From: Ophelia neglecta
Lineage: Eukaryota
DNA: 64,000 nt
NCBI GenBank assembly: GCA_965285935.1
Contig: OZ260662.1
Location: 104,098,001-104,162,000 of the forward strand
Reading direction: 5' to 3'
How positions within the stretch are numbered: the first letter of the stretch is position 1; every line of letters starts with the position of its first letter. Made by a program: the position numbers and the translations under genes. Below the pieces are notes generated by a model, which did no database searches, had not been told where the DNA came from, and saw nothing but the letters and a program-made list of their open reading frames with translations. Below, one piece after another: positions 15,012 through 22,951 of this stretch.

Positions 15012-15439
15012 GCCGGAGCAATCCTGGGATTGAAGCAGGATCTAATGGCTCTGAGGAGGTTAGGTATAAAATGGTTATTTCTGACAAGACAGAGAGTGGA
15101 AATATCTCTGATGCGGTATTGATTTCCACAGTACAAGAACAACGCCACACTTTGTACCCTCCGGACAAACGACCACGTTCAGCGGTAGAAGGCGACTACG
15201 AGACTACAGAGCGTGCCAGACATAGATCCCTGCCTGAGGGACAACTGCCCGATGGCGGAGCCACTGGTCAAGAAGTGTTATACTCAAAATTAAACGACAG
15301 TTCATTGGACGTTAACCCTAGATATAGCGAAATATATGACTCAGATAGGGGGCAGCCCATTTCGGGCATATATTCAGAAATAATAGGACGCACTGGTGAA
15401 ATTCTGTATTCCTCAGCAGACACTGACATGGGGGTTTAA
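15012..15439 (+). CDS. Putative terminal coding exon (~142 aa) resembling a receptor cytoplasmic tail with several Tyr motifs; upstream exons not identified
   Basis: ORF 14990-15439 is polar and disordered-looking with DYETT, VLYSKL, RYSEI, IYSEI, ILYSSA. Candidate acceptor tttgccatag|GC at 15011/15012 (phase 1); in-frame TAA just upstream at 14972-14974. Confidence 0.5.
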
Positions 15440-15700
15440 CGGACACAGTGGCATGGGGGTTTAACTGTGATATGGTGGCATGGGGGTTTAACTGTGATAT
15501 GATGGCGTGGGGGTTTAATTGTGTCACAGTGGCATGGGGGTTTAACTGTGATATGGTGGCATGGGGGTTTAACGGACACAGTGGCATGGGGGTTTAACTG
15601 TGATATGGTGGCATGGGGGTTTAACTGACACAGTGGCATGGGGGTTTAAGTGTGACACGGCGGCATGGGTGTCTAATTGTGACACAGTGGTATCGGGGTT
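15419..15700. repeat. 25-27-bp minisatellite, ~11 units (CTGTGATATGGTGGCATGGGGGTTTAA-like)
   Basis: Units read directly; the first unit contains the TAA stop of the 14990-15439 ORF. Confidence 0.93.
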
Positions 15701-15996
15701 TCACGTATGACATTTGCTAACTGTTAACGACTGTAAAGCTCCTAGAGAGGCTTAAAATCCAGATTTTTGGAAACCATAGCCTTTTTTCGAGGTTACCGAA
15801 AACAAAAAGACGGCAGATCGTGTAGCTTTACCAACAATGCATCGTAAAAGTAGTACACATAACATAGTGACATAAGCAACTTTTTTCTTTACAAACGTGA
15901 ATTGCTTTGTTCATAAGAAGAAACTCGGGAATTAATAGCCATCATTGGTAAGATGTAGCAGCACCGTATCCTCAGGCTTGTGCGGCTTCTCTTAAA

Positions 15997-16198
15997 NNNN
16001 NNNNNNNNNNNNNNNNNNNNNNNNNNNNNNNNNNNNNNNNNNNNNNNNNNNNNNNNNNNNNNNNNNNNNNNNNNNNNNNNNNNNNNNNNNNNNNNNNNNN
16101 NNNNNNNNNNNNNNNNNNNNNNNNNNNNNNNNNNNNNNNNNNNNNNNNNNNNNNNNNNNNNNNNNNNNNNNNNNNNNNNNNNNNNNNNNNNNNNNNNN
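15997..16198. other. Assembly gap (N run)
   Basis: 202 N. Confidence 0.99.
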
Positions 16199-17164
16199 AT
16201 CGCAGGCGTGGCAGCCACTTACGTGACAGGATGAATCATGTAAAACCTTTTGAGGTTTGTCCTTTAAGAATATAATAATTTGATTTTGCATATTTTCATG
16301 AGGCAATATGTTTCTAATAAACAATCAATTCTTGGTTAAAAAGAGTTCCACAGTGTACATGTACTTCAATTATAAGTTTATTCATCATATGACACATGTA
16401 CATTTCCAGAGCAATCAATAATAATAACATAAAATAAACAAAATTAAAATCTATAGAGAGCAGAGAAGCTAATTGATAATTATATTGTATGTCATAAAAT
16501 ACGGATTCCTTGTCATATAGGAACACAGTGAAGGCAGCAAAAGGCAAACAAAGAATATCAAAACGAATTAATAATTATTATCTCAACGCAAAATATACTA
16601 AATCTTCAACAGGTCTACAAGACTATTTGATCCCCGGCTGTTAAATCCACCGGACTACAAAACCTATGTAAATAAGTCCCCGGGGACGAAATGAATAACT
16701 TTGAGACCGGATACAAAATATACTAGATTCCTAGACCGCCGGACTTAAAATACTAGGATTTCAAAAAGCGGGACCCCTGGGTTTCGATTAATGTAAATAC
16801 ATGTAGTCAAGAGGGAACTTCCACGCAGGGTCGTATAAAAGTTGTACACCGGAATAATCAACAATTATCTTAAATGTTTCGTACACTGCTGAAGCTTACT
16901 TTCTAATAGGTAGCATGAATACTATTTGTATGAATATATATATAAATTCAATGCATGCCATCAAGTATAAAACTAATATTTGCTGCTTCCCTTAAACAAA
17001 TATATTAATTGTATAGAAAACAAGGAACGTCATACATAGGAACAAGACCATGATAGTCAGCAAATTAATTACTGGTCATTAGCAGTTAAATGCGCTTCTA
17101 TTATTGTAAGAGAGTTTTTCTAACATCACTTCTGTTTGAATCAAACCGATTGCTCCCACGGTGT

Positions 17165-17852
17165 CAGGAAAAGGCGAACGAGCTCAAGTCATGTCGCGGG
17201 CGAAAGACTCCCCATCTATGGTTGTACTTGTACTAGGAGTCCCGGAAAGGCGTGCGAGCTCAAGTCATGTCGTAGGGAAAAAGACTCCCCATCTATGGTT
17301 GTAAGTTTACAAGGAGTCCAGGAAAGGCGTGCGAGCTCAAGTCATGTCGTAGGGGAAAGACTCCCCATCTATGGTTGTAAGTTTACAAGGAGTCCAGGAA
17401 AGGCGTGCGAGCTCAAGTCATGTCGCGGGCGAAAGATTCCCCATCTATGGTTGTACGTTTACAAGGAGTCCAGGAAAGGCGTGCGAGCTCAAGTCATGTC
17501 GCGGGCGAAAGACTCCCCATCTATGGTTGTACTTGTACTAGGAGTCCCGGAAAGGCGTGCGAGCTCAAGTCATGTCGTAGGGAAAAAGACTCCCCATCTA
17601 TGGTTGTAAGTTTACAAGGAGTCCAGGAAAGGCGTGCGAGCTCAAGTCATGTCGTAGGGGAAAGACTCCCCATCTATGGTTGTAAGTTTACAAGGAGTCC
17701 AGGAAAGGCGTGCGAGCTCAAGTCATGTCGCGGGCGTAAGACTCCCCATCTATGGTTGTACGTTTACAAGGAGTCCAGGAAAGGCGTGCGAGCTCAAGTC
17801 ATCTCGTAGGGGAAAGACTCCCAATCTATGGTTGTACGTTCACAAGGAGTCC
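17165..17852. repeat. 76-77-bp tandem array, ~9 units, overlapping the last codons and 3' UTR of the ANK-ART gene
   Basis: GACTCCCCATCTATGGTTGT recurs at ~17206, 17283, 17359, 17435, 17511, 17588, 17664, 17740, 17816. Confidence 0.95.
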
Positions 17853-20800
17853 CACGAAGACAGTGACTCCTCTCCGCTTGGTGGTCCATTCCAACTCACT
17901 GTTAGGCAACATTGGGTCTATCTGACTTGTAGCTCCGATGGTCTGGTCACCGACATCATATGATCCCGGCATGATTCGCACTTGCAACGCTACACGCGCA
18001 TGGCGAATTATCTCGGTGGTTGGTTCAATGTACCTGCAATTGGGATATACGTCATTACCTGTGTTTAAGATGCAGTATGTATATACGCTTTGTTCTTGAT
18101 GAATTCCCACCAATTAATGGACTTTTCTTGGTAAATAAATTTTGCCTTTCCGGGTATCCATCCCCGTTTTATTATTAAAAATGGTTAGTTTGATGTGATG
18201 TACGTTTACCTACCCGTGTTTAGGGGCATATACCTCAAGTCCAGAATATCGGATTGACGGGGAAAGATAAATCTTGCTAACGTCATGATTTTGAGGTGGC
18301 TTCATGGCCGGATTGTCCTCATTATAATGGTTGATTAGCAGTCGGAGGCGGTCTCCTTCCGGTGTGTAGTCACCTGCAAGTGGAAGCGCCTCTTGTGACA
18401 AACATGTCAATGATTAATGATGCATTCTTCTTTAGGAATATTAATATACGTACCCTTAACTGATTAAGGGAATAATCGAATATGGTCATCCTTGAGTTCT
18501 CTTATTTCTTCTCATTAGTGGCACAAATTAAAGTGATTTAAATTATTCATGCCTGGCATTAGAAGTTCCCCGGTCTCTAGAATGTTCTTCACGCAGTCAA
18601 CTCGGGTCCCATGGAAAGCCACGTGCCATATTTCAAAGACCTTCTGGCTGGTTGCCTTCCCCGGTTGTACGCTGTGGCAAGTGATATCAAATATTAATTT
18701 GTTATCATTTATATAAGTTATAAGCTAATTTACAGTAATAAAACTATGGATTGATGACTGTGGGCCTGCGGTTGGCGGTTCCTGGGGATTGATGTTAGCA
18801 GGCCTGTAGTTGACGGTTCCCGGGGATTGATGCTTGTGGGCCTGCATTTGACGTTTCCTGGAGATTGATGTTTCTGGGCTTGCAGCTAACGATAATGATT
18901 CTGGTGGGCCTGCCGTTAACGTTTCCTAGGGATTGATGCCTGTAGGCCTGCAACAGACGGTTCTTGGGGATTGATGGATGTGGGCCTGCAGTTGACGGTT
19001 TTTGGGGATTGATGCCTGTAGGCCTGCAGTTGACGGTTTTTGGGGATTGATGCTTGTGGGCCTGCAGTTGACCGTTCTTTGGGATTGATGCTTCTTGGCC
19101 TGCATCTGACGGTTCTTGGGGATTGACGCTTGAGGGCCTGCATCTGCTTATGGGCCTTAAATAACCTTCGTAAACAGACCACCTGTATATTCAGACCTTG
19201 GGTGGTCTTAATTCAGAGGTTTCACTCTATTCGCGTTTAATGGTTTTCTTTGGCTGTCGGGCGTCCAATCCCTTTGCTGCTAGTATTTTGAGAATGCTAT
19301 CACACAGTTTATATACTAGTATTTATATATATACCTTTAATTAATGTCTGGATTTAAGCAACAGTTTATGTCTCAGCTATACTCACTGGAGACCAAACTT
19401 GACCCATCCTACCGGGAGAGCGTAGGGTTTGGGAGGTTGTCCACGGTCGTAGTACCGCTTGTGTCCTCGTTTACTGAGGCAGCTCTCACAGAAACACACG
19501 TCAAGTTTGGAATCAAAAAAATTATCTGGAAAAAAGCCCATTTGAATATGTATGAAGACAGTTGATAACAGCCCACTACATGTTTCAGGCAGACTCCAAA
19601 GTGACAATATCTCATACACGTCGTTATCGAAACCATTCCTTATTTAATAAACTAATAAATATGGAAATGAATAAATAGCCTTTATAACAAAAAAACAACA
19701 ACTAGAAATGCAAATGAAAATAATGTAATTTGATAACTAGTTGTATTTATCAAGAAATAACTTACCTGGCAAATGTAAGCTGTTCTTAAACTGTCGGCAT
19801 TTCCTGATATTTTCACACTCTTCTGTCTTCCTTTCGGCCAGGTAAAATTTAGCTTCTGTCTTCATTTCGGGCAGGTATTTAGAAACCCTGTGGATAAAGT
19901 TTTTCCCTTTCCCTCTCTTGGGATTGCGGTCCCCACTTCTTTCTAACATTTTGACAATATCTAAATAACCTTTTGATCTTGCTATATCGATTGGGGACTC
20001 ACCCTGGTCAGGAGAAGGATTGGCACCTCTCTCTAACAGAGCTTGAGCACACCCAATGTGGCCATTTCGACAAGCAATGCACAAAGGTGTCTCTCTTGTA
20101 CTTCCTCGACAATTTATGAAAGCCTCTTTTCTACCTAGCAAATGGCGGAGACTTGTTTCGTGACCTCCCATATAGGCGGCGCTTAGCGGGGTCAATCCTT
20201 CTTTACTAACGCTATTTACAGAGGCACCTTTTTCTAATAAAACTCGGCAACAATCGGCGCTTCCACTTGCGCTTGCGAGCAAAAGGGGGCTTTCCCCATA
20301 AACATTTATGGCATCAATAGAAGCACCGTGGGCAAGAAGTTTACGGCAGATGGCGACATCGCCTTTTGCGGCTGCGTTATGTAGAGGAGAAAAGCCATCG
20401 TTATCGCTTTTGTTAACGTTCGCAGCACGGGTCTCTAGCAGGAGACTGGTGCAATCAATGGAGCTGGAAAGATGAAGCGCTGTTCTGCCATCTCTGTCTG
20501 GTTTCTCAACAGAGGCTTTGTTCTGTATTAAAGTACGGCAACAAACCACATGACCGCTTGCAGAGGCTACGTGCAAGGGAGTCTGACCATGCCTTGCCAG
20601 AATATCATAAGAAGCAACATCTCCCTGTAAAATGGAGCTACAAGTTAAAAGACCGTTCATGCTATTTCGGTTGTGTGCGGTCAAACTACTATTGTCTTGG
20701 TAGTCAATATTTGCGCGGCTTTCTATCAAAACGAGACAGCAAGCGTTATGACCTCCGTAGGAAGCCGCGTGGAGGGGGGTAAGACCATTCTTGGTCTGGA

Positions 20801-22128
20801 TATCACACGAAGCCCCCTTCTCTAGTAACAGAGAACAGCACTTAAAATGGCCGTTCAAGCTTGCTTTGTAAAGAGGGGTCAATCCTTCGCTGTCTTTATT
20901 ATCAATAGGGGCGCCATTTTCTATCAAAACGCGGCAACAAGCAACATGGCCTCCGTCAGAAGCCACGTGGAGGGGGGTAAGACCATTCTTGGCCTGCATA
21001 TCACAAGAAGCCCCCTTCTCTAGTAACAGAGAACAGCAGTTAACATGGCCATTAAAACTAGCTCGGCAAAGAGGTGTCGACCCTTCTTTGTCTTGAGAAT
21101 CAAGGAGGGAGCCATGCTCTGTCAAAATGTGGCAACAGGCTATATGGCCTAGGTCGGAAGCTATGTGTAAGGCAGTACGACCTTTATGGTCTTGGATATG
21201 AACTGAGGCGCCGAGCTCTACCAAACGACTCACAACTGAAGAGTGGCCTCTTTGACAAGCGACCATCAACCCTGTCATTCCATCCGGGTCTTGGGTATTC
21301 ACATCTTCTGTGAGCAGAGCACATTCCAAACTCTCAAGGTCGTTTCTATGACATGCTTCGAGGATTCCCTGAAAAATCAAATTTGATTATGGAACTGGGC
21401 AGGCTTCTAGTTATTAGCCATAATCAGTAACTGATGTTTCATTCGATCCGCGGCTACTTGATCAAAATCAAACAAGGATAAGTATAGCGCAAGGCTTTTG
21501 ATTAAAAGCGGACGCGCGGAGCCCTGCGGAGGTAAATCCCGAAATTAGAACAGAGCATTAGACCTATTAAATATGTCCCTAACCCTTTCCCTAACTCCAG
21601 ATATAACCCTCAGCCCTAACCCTAGCCTTGCTGACAATTATTTTCTTCATGCCACTCAGAAATACCCATGGCCTCCGCTTCCGCATAGCTTCCGCACGTC
21701 CGCATTTAATCAAAAGCCTAGCGCAATGGACCGAAATTTTAAAACATCAATGAAGCCTGGCTTACAGGCACGCTTTTCTTAGTTCATTAGCATATTTATG
21801 AAGAATAGAAGACAGTTTAACAGGAAATTGATACTCGGCACGTTAATTATCTTCATAAACCTTACTTTCTGGGGTCGTTTTAAAAATTGCAGTAAACATT
21901 ACATTAAGTTCTCGAATATTGCTCAGATGCTGACAAACCTACCTTTCTATGGTCAGTAAACATTACATTAAGTTCTCGTATATTGCTCAGATTCTGCCAG
22001 GGTGGCCAATGCACTGATTCTGCCAAAACAATTCTGACTAGAACCTGGCTTAGGGCTGACAAACCTACCATTCTATAGTCTATCTGTTGTGGGCAGCGCT
22101 CCTGAATTATTTTGTCTGCGGACGACAT
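17826..22128 (-). CDS. Ankyrin-repeat + NEURL4-like ADP-ribosyltransferase domain protein, ~762 aa; coding exons 22128-22069, 21368-19766, 19525-19387, 18671-18553, 18373-18214, 18033-17826
   Basis: Phases fit (0,1,2,1,2); total 2289 nt with no internal stop. About 14-15 ankyrin repeats (GxTPLHxAxxxGH). C-terminus CRQFKNSLHLPDNFFD...CFCESC...RGQPPKPYALPVGWVKFGL...WHVAFHGT...ILETGELLMPGD...IYLSPSIRYS...ARVALQVRIMPGSY...IDPMLPNSELEWTTKRRG...GLLVNV follows the NEURL4 C-terminal ART domain motif by motif. In-frame TAA upstream of ATG 22128; acceptor at 22170/22169 implies a further 5' UTR exon. Confidence 0.9.
18748..19157. repeat. ~39-bp intronic minisatellite, ~10 units (GGGATTGATGCTTGTGGGCCTGCAGTTGACGGTT...)
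   Basis: Units read directly; lies in the intron 19386-18672 of the ANK-ART gene. Confidence 0.9.
21493..21718. mobile_element. MITE with ~30-bp TIRs, 8-bp TSD and internal CCCTAA-like repeats
   Basis: Left GGCTTTTGATTAAAAGCGGACGCGCGGAGC; right GCTTCCGCACGTCCGCATTTAATCAAAAGCC. TAGCGCAA at 21485-21492 and 21719-21726. Confidence 0.85.
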
Positions 22129-22462
22129 CTCACTCGGTGTATCGACGTTAACTGGTGGTTAACTCATCTCTGAAATAAATAAAATATACGCAGCGGACAA
22201 TGTAATAGCATTAAACAGGAATAATCATTAAGCAGGCCCAAATTCATCAAAAACCAACAGCTGGATACCGACGCGACGAAAAGGGGATGGCTGCGGGTTT
22301 TAAGTTTCGTTCCAGGTGGTGTAGGTTTGAGGCTGAACGGTGTTCTGCTCTATTAAGCGGGATTATCAATAAAACCGGAAGCCACTTTGGAGCTCCTACT
22401 CGGGATGTCAATTCGATCCATTCATTCTTGGCGAGCTGCACAGGATTGCCTGCGCTGTGGTG

Positions 22463-22487
22463 TGACGTCATATAAGGGAATTCCCTT
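22463..22487. promoter_or_regulatory. CRE (TGACGTCA, 22463-22470) + TATAA + palindromic kB site (GGGAATTCCC, 22476-22485) upstream of the ANK-ART gene
   Basis: Exact consensus matches clustered in 25 bp, ~300 bp upstream of the 22169 exon start on the minus strand. Function is inferred. Confidence 0.5.
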
Positions 22488-22736
22488 CATTCCCCGGTAA
22501 AAACCTGACCCGCGAGACCCTTGGGAATTTTGCCCCCCCCCCCCCTTCCTGAAATCCTGGATCCGGCGCTGTCACTGTGATTTTATTGTACCTCTATGAG
22601 GGATTTGAGAATTGGTAAATTTAAGCAAATTATTTTCTTTTTCGTTTTTGCAATGCACTCTCTTTCTTAAATTAATGAAATCATAATAAAAGGCTTTTCC
22701 TTGCACCGAAACCGTCAAAATAAGGCTGTTTTGTTA

Positions 22737-22951
22737 GAGGGGCGGATTCAGGGGGGGGGGGCACCGGGCCCGCCAAAAAAGTGGGCCTGGACCAGGGCCT
22801 ATTTCCGGACTCACGCAAGGTGGTTTCAAAGGGTTGGTAACGTGGACTATCCAGACATTTGCCAACTGTAGACATATTTGTTGGCAACAAATCATAGGTC
22901 AGCCTTGGGTATTTGCCCCCCCCCCCTCCTGAAATCCTGGATCCGCCACTG
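22737..22951. mobile_element. hAT-like MITE (CAG(T/G)GGCGGAT termini), inverted relative to 27422-27629; partial ends also at ~22535-22571 and ~27116
   Basis: Ends GAGGGGCGGATTC...GGATCCGCCACTG; the interior is the reverse complement of the 27422 copy. Confidence 0.75.

Noticed and set aside
17136-17963. Plus-strand repetitive ORFs (157, 134, 95 aa) or a CRISPR-like array
   Set aside because: Products of the 76-77-bp tandem repeat; no unique spacers, no cas genes, eukaryotic context.
19737-21380. Stand-alone 547-aa ankyrin protein, or a tankyrase/IkB call
   Set aside because: The ORF starts at a TTG inside a splice acceptor and runs past a strong CAG|GTAAG donor at 19766. No SAM/PARP or IkB degron features; the spliced model explains the downstream exons.
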